Below, piece after piece: positions 47,065-55,621 of a DNA stretch of 64,000 nt. Origin of the DNA: a bacterium (lineage in GTDB: Bacteria; Patescibacteriota; Saccharimonadia; Saccharimonadales; SZUA-47); contig JAUIBF010000003.1 in the NCBI GenBank assembly GCA_030428125.1, positions 1,516 to 65,515 on the forward strand, read 5' to 3'. The notes beneath the pieces were generated by a model that was given only the letters and a program-made list of their open reading frames with translations, had not been told where the DNA came from and did not search any database. The position numbers were made by a program, and so were the translations under genes. How positions within the stretch are numbered: position 1 is the stretch's first letter; the number at the start of each line of letters is the position of its first letter.

Positions 47065-49683
47065 GTGAAGAAAACGATTAAGAGAATTCTGGGCGACCCA
47101 CAAGTAAAAACTCTAAAACGCCTACAAAAACGAGTTCCTGATGTAAATAAAATCGAACCTGAAATGGAAAAGCTTTCGGACTCTAAGCTGAAAGACAAAA
47201 CCAAGGAATTCAAGAAACGATTAGAAGAAGAGAAAAAAACAGACCTAGATACTCTGATGCCAGAGGCATTCGCTGCAGTTCGCGAAGCAGCAAAAAGAGT
47301 TCTGGGTCAGCGACACTACGACGTTCAGCTTATCGGTGGCATGGCCTTACATGAAGGCATGGTAGCTGAGATGAAGACAGGTGAAGGTAAAACTCTTGTC
47401 GCAACACTGCCTGTTTATTTAAATGCACTATCCGGAAAGGGTGTGCATGTTGTTACGGTGAACGACTATCTTGCGCAGCGTGATGCTGGTTGGATGGGCG
47501 AAGTTTATCATTTCATGGGACTTTCAGTGGGAGTAATTATCCCCGACCACAGCTATATTTATGATCCTGAGTTTACTAATGATGCTCATGACGACCCAAG
47601 GATGAAACGCCTAAAACCTTGTACGCGTCAAGAAGCCTATCAAGCTGACATTACTTACGGAACCAACAACGAGTATGGCTTTGATTACTTGCGTGACAAT
47701 ATGGTCAAAGAAGAATCGCAGCTAAGGCAGCGCGAGCTAAACTATGCGATAGTTGATGAGGTTGACTCTATCCTGATTGACGAAGCACGTACACCTTTGA
47801 TTATCTCGGCACCGGCAGCTACAAGTGGTGCAAGCTATGGACAGTTCTCTAAAGTTGCCAGGCAGCTTAAGAAAGAAGAGCACTTCGAAGTTGATGAAAA
47901 ACGAAAAGCCGTAACTATGACTGATGATGGCATAAGTTTTGTAGAAAAAGTTTTAGGTATCGACAACCTGTACGACTCTAAGAACATTCGAACAATTTAT
48001 CACTTAGACCAGGCTTTGCGCGCCGAAGCATTATTTAAAAAAGACAAAGACTATGTGGTCACTAAAGACGGCGAAGTAGTGATTGTCGACCAGTTTACAG
48101 GTCGTTTGCTACCGGGAAGACGCTATAACGAAGGTCTTCATCAGGCTATCGAAGCTAAAGAAGGCGTAGAAGTTCAAGAAGAGTCTATGACTCTAGCCAC
48201 GATTTCGTTCCAGAACTATTTCCGACTTTACGACAAGTTGTCTGGAATGACTGGAACTGCTGCAACTGAATCAGAAGAGTTCCATCAGATTTATGAGCTT
48301 AATGTACTGGAAGTACCTTCTAATCGGCCACTAGCTAGAATTGATAAGTCCGACAAGATTTATCGAACCAAGAAAGCAAAGTACAACGCCATAGTTGAAG
48401 AAGTAAAGAGCAGACAAGACCAGGGGCAGCCAGTTTTGATAGGAACCAGCGCGATCGAGCACAACGAAGAGCTGGGCAGGCTTCTCAAAAAGGCCGGGAT
48501 TAAACATCAGATACTTAACGCTAAAAATAACGAACGTGAGGCAGCAATTGTTGAAAAAGCTGGTCAGAAAGGTTCTGTAACTCTAGCCACAAACATCGCC
48601 GGACGTGGTACCGACATCGTGCTTGGCGAAGGCGTTCGAGAAATCGGTGGACTTTGTGTAATTGGTGGTGAGCGACATGAATCTAGACGAATCGACAATC
48701 AGTTGCGAGGTCGTTCTGGTCGTCAGGGTGATCCAGGTGAAACCCAATTCTACGTAAGTACAGAAGATGATTTGATGAGAGTCTTTGGTGGTGATCGAAT
48801 CAAATCTATCATGGATAGGCTTAAAATCGACGATGATGTACCTGTGCAGAACAGAGTTATTTCTAAAAGTCTAGAAGGTGCCCAGAAAAAAGTAGAAGGA
48901 TTCAACTACGATTCGCGTAAAAATGTTGTTCAATACGACGACGTTATGAATCGGCACAGACGTGCTACCTACACAATGCGTCGCGAGATTTTGAAGCATG
49001 CAAACATAACAAATAGAATTAATGAATTCCTTATGGATGAAGTTAAGACCCTGGTCGCTTCACCAGAATCAATGAGCGAAGAATTCGAGACGGTACTAAA
49101 AGAACTGTTCGATTTTGATGATAATACCATCGACAAGTTGTTTGATGTAGAAGCGGAAAAATTTGAGAAAGCACTAACCAAAGAAGTATTAAAGAGGCAT
49201 GTCGAGCAAACCGACTTATTCGGTGAAGAAGTAATGCAAAAAGTAGAGCGAGATATATTCTTGCAGGTTTTAGACAACCTATGGATGCAGCACTTAGAGA
49301 ACATGGACCATCTTCGCCAAGGCATTAACTGGATTTCTGTAGGTCAGCGCGATCCATTAGTTGAATACCGAAGACAGGCTCAAGTATTGTTCGAAGCAAT
49401 GCAACAGGATTTACGTCATGATACGATCAGAGCTCTATTCCACGCACGTCCGGTATCTCAAGACAGACTAGACGACTCTGTGGAAACAGAGCTTACCAAA
49501 GCTGCTAAATCATCTGTTGATAATGCCGATAAAGTATTGAGTATGGATAGTAAAATCGATGACGATGACTTCAAACTAGCTTCAGATACCAGCGCGACTA
49601 AATCAAAACCGTCAAAGAGCCATAAGAAACAAAAGCGTAAAGCAGCTAAGAAGGCTCGTTCAAAACAGCGTAAACGTAAATAA
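47065..49683 (+). CDS. secA: Preprotein translocase ATPase SecA
   Basis: Motifs MKTGEGKTLVATLP, DEVDSILIDEARTPLIIS and TNIAGRGTDI. GTG start. The K/R-rich C-terminus has no Cys zinc motif. Confidence 0.95.
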   Translation: MKKTIKRILGDPQVKTLKRLQKRVPDVNKIEPEMEKLSDSKLKDKTKEFKKRLEEEKKTDLDTLMPEAFAAVREAAKRVLGQRHYDVQLIGGMALHEGMVAEMKTGEGKTLVATLPVYLNALSGKGVHVVTVNDYLAQRDAGWMGEVYHFMGLSVGVIIPDHSYIYDPEFTNDAHDDPRMKRLKPCTRQEAYQADITYGTNNEYGFDYLRDNMVKEESQLRQRELNYAIVDEVDSILIDEARTPLIISAPAATSGASYGQFSKVARQLKKEEHFEVDEKRKAVTMTDDGISFVEKVLGIDNLYDSKNIRTIYHLDQALRAEALFKKDKDYVVTKDGEVVIVDQFTGRLLPGRRYNEGLHQAIEAKEGVEVQEESMTLATISFQNYFRLYDKLSGMTGTAATESEEFHQIYELNVLEVPSNRPLARIDKSDKIYRTKKAKYNAIVEEVKSRQDQGQPVLIGTSAIEHNEELGRLLKKAGIKHQILNAKNNEREAAIVEKAGQKGSVTLATNIAGRGTDIVLGEGVREIGGLCVIGGERHESRRIDNQLRGRSGRQGDPGETQFYVSTEDDLMRVFGGDRIKSIMDRLKIDDDVPVQNRVISKSLEGAQKKVEGFNYDSRKNVVQYDDVMNRHRRATYTMRREILKHANITNRINEFLMDEVKTLVASPESMSEEFETVLKELFDFDDNTIDKLFDVEAEKFEKALTKEVLKRHVEQTDLFGEEVMQKVERDIFLQVLDNLWMQHLENMDHLRQGINWISVGQRDPLVEYRRQAQVLFEAMQQDLRHDTIRALFHARPVSQDRLDDSVETELTKAAKSSVDNADKVLSMDSKIDDDDFKLASDTSATKSKPSKSHKKQKRKAAKKARSKQRKRK

Positions 49684-50978
49684 TGCTTAGACACAAAGTT
49701 GAACACATTAAACTTCCGAGTGGGTTAGAAGGTTTAATTATTGATACACCCAAAACAGGTGTAGTTGTTGCAGAAGTTAGCTTCAGGGCAGGTGAGTTCA
49801 TGTTGCCAAAAGAAAAATGGGAAACAGCTCACTTAATGGAGCATGTACTATTGGGCGCTAATAAGTACTATAAAAAAGCACGAGATTTTCAGGCAGCGAT
49901 TGAACAGAACGGTGCATATTCTAACGCTTCCACGAGTGTTTACGACATCACTTACGAAGTAGAATCTGCTGATTTCGAGTGGCAAAGAGTACTAGGATTA
50001 TTGTTTGATGCTATTAGTACTCCGTTGTTCTTGCAGGAAGAATTTGATACTGAAAAAAGCAATGTTCGCGAAGAATTAATGAGTCGCTCGAATAATCATT
50101 TTCGACACTTAAATCTGGGTTTGAGGCAGGCTATGGGCTTATGCTCATTAACTGACCCAGAACGAATTGAGTTGATGGAAAGTGTTACTCGTGAAGACCT
50201 AGTGAAACATTATAAAAAGACACACACCTTACCAAATGCAAGATTTGTTATCGCTGGCAACTTCAAGGGTCACTACGATGAAGTAGTTGAACTTTTAAAA
50301 CAACGATTAAAGCTCTCTACATCAGGAAAACGTATCCCGTTGCCAGACGAAACACCAATTTCTCCACAAGATCCACTAGTTGCACGAAAGCCGAGCGTTC
50401 CAAATATTTACCTATACCTAGATATGTACGCTCCACGGGTTTTTAATGAAAAAGAGTCACACGCTTTGAACCTACTATCTACATTGATGACAGAAACTAT
50501 GTATTCCAGAGTTTTTGGAACTGCACGAGAAAAAGGCTGGGTTTACGGAATGGGTTCAGGCTCGGCACATTTAGGCTCAGCGACTGGTTGGTGGATGGGG
50601 GCTCAAGTTAGTAAAACAAATAGCCAACCTCTACTTAGGCTAATTAGAGATGAATGTTTGCGCGTGCGAAACGGTGAAATTGATGATGAGGATTTCGACG
50701 CTGCTAAGAAGCATCTGCTAGGAAAAACCATGCGCTCAGGGCAAACTGCAAGCGGATTAGTTAACCAGTACGGTAAGTATTATATGAATGACGAAGTTGA
50801 AGATTTGAGTAAGTTAGCAAACAAATTAAAGAAACTTAAGAAATCTGACTGTATAAAACTATTCCAAGAGCTGAGTAGTGAGTCTAGCTGGGGCATTGGC
50901 GTACTAGGCGCTACTTCTATGGTTCCAGCTCGCAAATTACACGCGTACGCGTCAGAAATTTTCGCTCAAACTAACTGA
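49683..50978 (+). CDS. M16 (pitrilysin/insulinase) family zinc peptidase
   Basis: HLMEH (HxxEH) near the N-terminus and a two-lobe length. Confidence 0.75.
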   Translation: MLRHKVEHIKLPSGLEGLIIDTPKTGVVVAEVSFRAGEFMLPKEKWETAHLMEHVLLGANKYYKKARDFQAAIEQNGAYSNASTSVYDITYEVESADFEWQRVLGLLFDAISTPLFLQEEFDTEKSNVREELMSRSNNHFRHLNLGLRQAMGLCSLTDPERIELMESVTREDLVKHYKKTHTLPNARFVIAGNFKGHYDEVVELLKQRLKLSTSGKRIPLPDETPISPQDPLVARKPSVPNIYLYLDMYAPRVFNEKESHALNLLSTLMTETMYSRVFGTAREKGWVYGMGSGSAHLGSATGWWMGAQVSKTNSQPLLRLIRDECLRVRNGEIDDEDFDAAKKHLLGKTMRSGQTASGLVNQYGKYYMNDEVEDLSKLANKLKKLKKSDCIKLFQELSSESSWGIGVLGATSMVPARKLHAYASEIFAQTN

Positions 50979-50995
50979 AGGCATATACTTTAGTT

Positions 50996-52072
50996 ATGGA
51001 AAATATAGAATCTCTTAAATCTGATATCGAGAATGCTTATCAAAATTTAGACATTGATTCTCTGAATACTCAAAATGAAGATTTGCAGAAACAGATGCAA
51101 GATCCTGATTTTTGGTCCGATAATGAACGAGCTCAAAAAATCAGCAAAACACAGTCAGATGTTCAGAATAGAGTAGACTTTTGGAAGGGCTTAAAAAAGG
51201 ATGTAAATGAGCTTCTAGATTTAAGCCAAATGAATGACGAGTCGCTTCAGGAAGAAATTGAGACTCAACTCAAAGAAATCGAAAAGAAATATTCAGTTGC
51301 TCGTCGCGAACTTCTTTTTAATGGCCCTTATGATAAATCTGACGTTATCCTGAGTATTTACGCCGGTGCAGGTGGTACTGATGCCCAAGATTGGGCAGAG
51401 ATGCTGTTACGAATGTACGTTCGTTGGGCTGAATCTAATGGCTTGAAGGTGAATACGATTGATAAATCATCAGGAGATGAGGCTGGAATAAAAAGCGTAA
51501 CAATAGAAATTTCGAACGGAAGTTTCTTGTACGGAAAACTTCAGTCCGAAAACGGAGTGCATAGACTGGTACGTTTGAGCCCATTTAATGCAGATAACTT
51601 ACGTCAGACAAGTTTTGCGCGTGTAGAAATAATGCCGAAAATTGACTCACCTAACGAGGTGGAGATTGACGAAAGTGATCTGAAGATCGATGTTTACAGA
51701 AGTGGTGGCAAAGGTGGTCAAAGCGTGAACACTACAGACTCCGCAGTCCGGATTACGCATGAACCTACAGGAATAGTTGTTGCAATTCAGAACGAAAGAA
51801 GTCAGCTGCAAAATAAAGAAACAGCCATGACTATTTTACGGTCTAAATTAGCTCAACTACAACTTGAACAGCACAAAGATAAAATATCTGAACTAAAAGG
51901 TCCAAGCGAACAAGCCGCATGGGGAAATCAAATCAGGAACTATGTAATGCACCCGTATTCAATGGTCAAAGATACACGAAATAAGCACGAAACCACAGAT
52001 GTAAACTCGGTACTAGATGGTAACATCAACGAGTTTATTGATGCGTATCTCGATAGCAAAATTAATAACTAG
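50996..52072 (+). CDS. prfB: Peptide chain release factor 2, a single ORF without the programmed frameshift
   Basis: Motifs RLSPFNADNLRQTSF (SPF) and [20 protein letters not shown]. Confidence 0.93.
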   Translation: MENIESLKSDIENAYQNLDIDSLNTQNEDLQKQMQDPDFWSDNERAQKISKTQSDVQNRVDFWKGLKKDVNELLDLSQMNDESLQEEIETQLKEIEKKYSVARRELLFNGPYDKSDVILSIYAGAGGTDAQDWAEMLLRMYVRWAESNGLKVNTIDKSSGDEAGIKSVTIEISNGSFLYGKLQSENGVHRLVRLSPFNADNLRQTSFARVEIMPKIDSPNEVEIDESDLKIDVYRSGGKGGQSVNTTDSAVRITHEPTGIVVAIQNERSQLQNKETAMTILRSKLAQLQLEQHKDKISELKGPSEQAAWGNQIRNYVMHPYSMVKDTRNKHETTDVNSVLDGNINEFIDAYLDSKINN

Positions 52073-52112
52073 ATAACTGAAACGCTAATGTCTTTGATAT
52101 AATTATAGTTAA

Positions 52113-52802
52113 ATGATCTTACTAGACAGGGTAACTAAAACCTATAACAAAAAAGGTCCGGCGATTGAGCGGATCAATTTACATGTCGAGAACAAAGAAT
52201 TTGTTGTTATAGTTGGTCAATCAGGTGCTGGCAAGTCTACACTATTAAAGTTACTAACCAGAGAAGAAAAGCCGACAAGTGGCAAAATCATCGTAGGTGG
52301 AATTGACTACGAGAGATTGCGTGACCGGGATATTCCATATCTTCGTCGTAAAATCGGAACAGTTTTTCAGGACTTTAAATTGCTTCCAAATAAGACCGTA
52401 TTTGAGAATATTGCATTTGCACTAGAAATAGTCGGAATGGGGAACAGAGAAATTCGACACACCGTTCCAAAGGTAATAGATTTAGTTGGGCTAAAGGGTA
52501 AAGAAGATAACTATCCTAATGAATTATCCGGTGGTGAAAGACAAAGAGTGGCCATAGCGAGAGCTGTAGTGCGGCAGCCAAAAATATTAATCGCGGACGA
52601 GCCTACAGGAAACCTAGACCCTAAGCATGCCTGGGATGTTATAAGAGTCCTAGAAAAAGTCAATAAGCATGGAACCACGGTTCTTCTTACTACCCACAAC
52701 ATGGATATTGTTAATAAGCTAAAGCGTCGTGTTGTAACTATTCGAGACGGCAAAGTCGTTGGCGACAGGGCAAGCGCCGGATATAACAAGCAGGTTGTGT
52801 AA
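52113..52802 (+). CDS. ftsE: Cell division ABC ATPase FtsE
   Basis: Motifs GQSGAGKST, LSGGERQRVAIARA and ILIADEPTGNLD. Followed by ftsX. Confidence 0.92.
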   Translation: MILLDRVTKTYNKKGPAIERINLHVENKEFVVIVGQSGAGKSTLLKLLTREEKPTSGKIIVGGIDYERLRDRDIPYLRRKIGTVFQDFKLLPNKTVFENIAFALEIVGMGNREIRHTVPKVIDLVGLKGKEDNYPNELSGGERQRVAIARAVVRQPKILIADEPTGNLDPKHAWDVIRVLEKVNKHGTTVLLTTHNMDIVNKLKRRVVTIRDGKVVGDRASAGYNKQVV

Positions 52803-53767
52803 TGAGACCAAAGTATCACTTTTATTCTACGGTTCGTGTACTAAAATCCGGATTTGTGAATTTATTCAGGAACCTATGGCTGACAATTGCTGCAACTGCA
52901 GTTATGCTTGTTGCGCTAACAATAATTTCACTAGGCGTAGTCCTGAATGTAACTGCAAACAATGCTATTGATGTTCTGTCCAAAGAACTTAAGACAGGTG
53001 TGTTCCTGAATGATGATGTGCCAGTAGAGAAGAGAAATGAACTAGAGAGTGCACTACGAAGTTTAGATTTCGTTGAAAATGTAGACTATATTTCACCAAA
53101 CGAAGCACAAAGACGGCTAACGGAGAACCCGATAATAGGAAATGATGTACTACAGGCAGAATCTATTTTTGAAGGTGAGGATTTTTTGGCAGCTTCCTTC
53201 GAAGTTAGCTTGTCCGATTTGTCTAGGGCGCAAGAACTTGCTAATCTTGCTGAAAGTGAGCAGTTTAATGAAGTTGTTAAGCGAGTGGCGCTCGGCAAGA
53301 CCGATACTGGAGATCAAACTGATGCTGAAAAAGCTATTGAACGTGCAGCTGCTACCGAGAGATTCATAACAATAAGTAGTATTATCTCGGCTGGAACTCT
53401 AGCGGCTGTTTCTATAATGATAATCTTCAATACAATTCGGATGGCTATTTATACGAGACGTGATGAAATATCTATAATGAAGTTAATTGGTGCAACCCCT
53501 AATTATATTCGAGGTCCGTTTCTGGTTGAAGCATCACTGTACGGGGTGATAGCTGGAATATTAGCTAACTCAATTGTGTACACTCTAGTTTATAGTCTAG
53601 GCGCTAAAGTCGCTGAAGCTCCAGAGTTTTCTGAAACGTATTCATACTTTACTGAGCCCACAACGATTACCTTAATGCTGCTAAGCTCGATTACTCTTGG
53701 TGTTTTAATCGGAGCTCTTTCAAGTATGTTAGCGATGGAACGCCATCTTAAGCTAAAGCACTGGTAG
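52802..53767 (+). CDS. ftsX: Cell division ABC permease-like FtsX
   Basis: TM1, a large extracytoplasmic loop, three C-terminal TM segments, and MKLIGAT. Confidence 0.88.
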   Translation: MRPKYHFYSTVRVLKSGFVNLFRNLWLTIAATAVMLVALTIISLGVVLNVTANNAIDVLSKELKTGVFLNDDVPVEKRNELESALRSLDFVENVDYISPNEAQRRLTENPIIGNDVLQAESIFEGEDFLAASFEVSLSDLSRAQELANLAESEQFNEVVKRVALGKTDTGDQTDAEKAIERAAATERFITISSIISAGTLAAVSIMIIFNTIRMAIYTRRDEISIMKLIGATPNYIRGPFLVEASLYGVIAGILANSIVYTLVYSLGAKVAEAPEFSETYSYFTEPTTITLMLLSSITLGVLIGALSSMLAMERHLKLKHW

Positions 53768-53770
53768 CGT

Positions 53771-53844
53771 TTATGAGAGGGGGACACCCCCTCTCATCGC
53801 GCAGGAAAAGTGAATAAATCACTTTTGCTGGCTACTCACCCCCC
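53771..53844. repeat. Inverted-repeat element, copy A (after ftsX)
   Basis: TTATGAGAGGGGG..CGCGCAG..hairpin..TGGCTACTCACCCC. Includes the perfect hairpin ATGAGAGGGGG-aca-CCCCCTCTCAT. Confidence 0.75.
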
Positions 53845-53945
53845 ACGGACTCGTAGCATTCATGCAAGGTCCAAAAGCCAGCAGTCGTAAGACGGAAAGT
53901 TTTATAAGATTAGGAATCAGAGAGTCGGGTTTCTAAAATCTCTTA

Positions 53946-54281
53946 CTAGGCGGCGAGGGTGAATTGTTGGTCTGATTCTGCTCTAAGTCCACTGAAGGCG
54001 ACGTGTTGAGGATTTATTTGAAAACCACTGACGCAACTAAAATGATTCGTATTTCTAAGATGATTTAAGATTGAGTCTATGTCCAAGTATTTTGTATCAA
54101 CTAAGTTAGCTGTAAAGCCGCAGCCAGGGACGTCACCACTATCTACGAGTTTGGCCTCTATGCTAGAAACTAAAATTCCGGGAGTATTAGATAATACTTC
54201 ATTAATGCGTTCCAAGTGATCGGCATCTAGTCCAAAACCCTCGGCAAACCCAACAAAATGCGGACTCGTAAAGTCAGTCAT
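53946..54281 (-). CDS. Hypothetical 111-aa protein ending in ...FTLAA
   Basis: ORF only. No TM segment or signal peptide and no known motif. Confidence 0.4.
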   Translation of the reverse strand: MTDFTSPHFVGFAEGFGLDADHLERINEVLSNTPGILVSSIEAKLVDSGDVPGCGFTANLVDTKYLDIDSILNHLRNTNHFSCVSGFQINPQHVAFSGLRAESDQQFTLAA

Positions 54282-54420
54282 AAAATCTCCTAAGTATACT
54301 TTAAATATAGCATAAAAACTTTAAAAAGTCAATATCCTATATCATATATGATAATATATACAACCTCTGATACCATAAAATCTTAAAAAATGCTTGATGC
54401 TTAAGGTATAATATTAAGGA

Positions 54421-55596
54421 ATGTTAAATACAAACATCTCAACCATTTTAAAAAGTACACGCACTCTCATTTTAATGGGGGTTTTATTGGCTGTTTTGGC
54501 AATTTCTAGTTTTCCGACAGCAAAGCCAGTGGAAGCAGCGACTATTGACGAGTTACAAGAGAAATCACAGCAACTTCAGGCAAGGATTAGTGATAACAAT
54601 GAGAAGATCGCAGAACTTAGCACCAAAGCCGAGTCTCTACAGGTAAAAGTAGACGAACTTAATGCCGAAATTGCTGCAGCTAATGCCGAAATTGACTTAA
54701 CTGAGGTTAAGCTAGAGGAATTATCAATTAGACTTAAAGAAGCTGAAGAAGAACTACAGCGACAGAAGGAGCTCCTTAAGTCAACTCTGCAAGCTATCTA
54801 TGAGCGAAGTGGCGTATCGACATTTGAGCTTCTAATGGCGACAGATAGCTTTACGACATTTGTTAATGAACAAGAATACCTAGGCCAACTTCAGTCTGCG
54901 GTAAAGCAATCTACCGAAAAGGTCATAAAGCTAAAGCAGCAAATCGAAGAGGAAAAACGCAACCAAGAAGCATTGTTGCAGAAGCAAAAGGAACAAAGAG
55001 CGATAGTTGATGCCAAAAGAGCAGAACAGCAAGAATTACTTGACGCTACTCAGGGTGAGGAAAGTCGCTACAGGGCAGTAGTTGCTAAACAATTATCCGA
55101 ATTAGAGGAAGCAGAGGAGCAGCTCGCGGCACTACTGGCTGCAGGAAATTACGTGAGCTATGGTCCTGTTGCCAGAGGACAAGTCATCGGGTCTGTAGGT
55201 AGTACAGGATTTTCAACAGGACCACACATACATTTTCAGGTCTATCAAAATGGCTCAACCGTTAATCCGTCAGCCGGTGGAACTTCGTTGATAAATGGCT
55301 ACTCATGGCCACTTTCTGGTGGAGTAGGCTGGATATCTCAAAGCTACGGTTGTGTCGCTCCGGCTTGGTACTATGCTGTTAAGTGTAACGGTGGCTCAAA
55401 CAGCTTCCATTCTGGTTTAGATATTGCTGCGAATGCATATACCCCTGTTGTGGCTGCTGCTGATGGAGAAGTTATTTTCAAAGGTTGTCGAGCAGGGCTT
55501 GGTTATGTAGTGGTGGTTAATCATGGTGGTGGCTGGCAGACATGGTACCCTCATATGGTGACACCTGATGGTCAAGTTTACGGATACTGTGGATAG
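54421..55596 (+). CDS. Coiled-coil M23 (LytM-type) peptidoglycan metallopeptidase, an EnvC/PcsB-like FtsEX partner candidate, with catalytic segments in permuted order
   Basis: Signal/anchor, then ~200 aa of heptad-rich sequence. GSTGFSTGPHIHFQ (HxH) comes BEFORE FHSGLDIAAN...AAADGEV...GYVVVVNHGGGWQTWYPHM (HxxxD). Confidence 0.8.
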   Translation: MLNTNISTILKSTRTLILMGVLLAVLAISSFPTAKPVEAATIDELQEKSQQLQARISDNNEKIAELSTKAESLQVKVDELNAEIAAANAEIDLTEVKLEELSIRLKEAEEELQRQKELLKSTLQAIYERSGVSTFELLMATDSFTTFVNEQEYLGQLQSAVKQSTEKVIKLKQQIEEEKRNQEALLQKQKEQRAIVDAKRAEQQELLDATQGEESRYRAVVAKQLSELEEAEEQLAALLAAGNYVSYGPVARGQVIGSVGSTGFSTGPHIHFQVYQNGSTVNPSAGGTSLINGYSWPLSGGVGWISQSYGCVAPAWYYAVKCNGGSNSFHSGLDIAANAYTPVVAAADGEVIFKGCRAGLGYVVVVNHGGGWQTWYPHMVTPDGQVYGYCG

Positions 55597-55621
55597 TTAA
55601 TTTCAAACAAGAGGGGAAATA

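Noticed and set aside
50996-52072. Programmed +1 frameshift in prfB
   Set aside because: RF2 is encoded as one uninterrupted 358-codon ORF from a normal N-terminus. There is no short upstream ORF ending in CTT TGA.
53855-53900. An SRP (4.5S) RNA-like string, AGGTCCAAAAGCCAGCAG
   Set aside because: It superficially recalls CAGGUCCGGAAGGAAGCAGC, but the flanks cannot form the helix-8 stem or GNRA tetraloop. It is more simply a partial copy of the REP-like palindrome.
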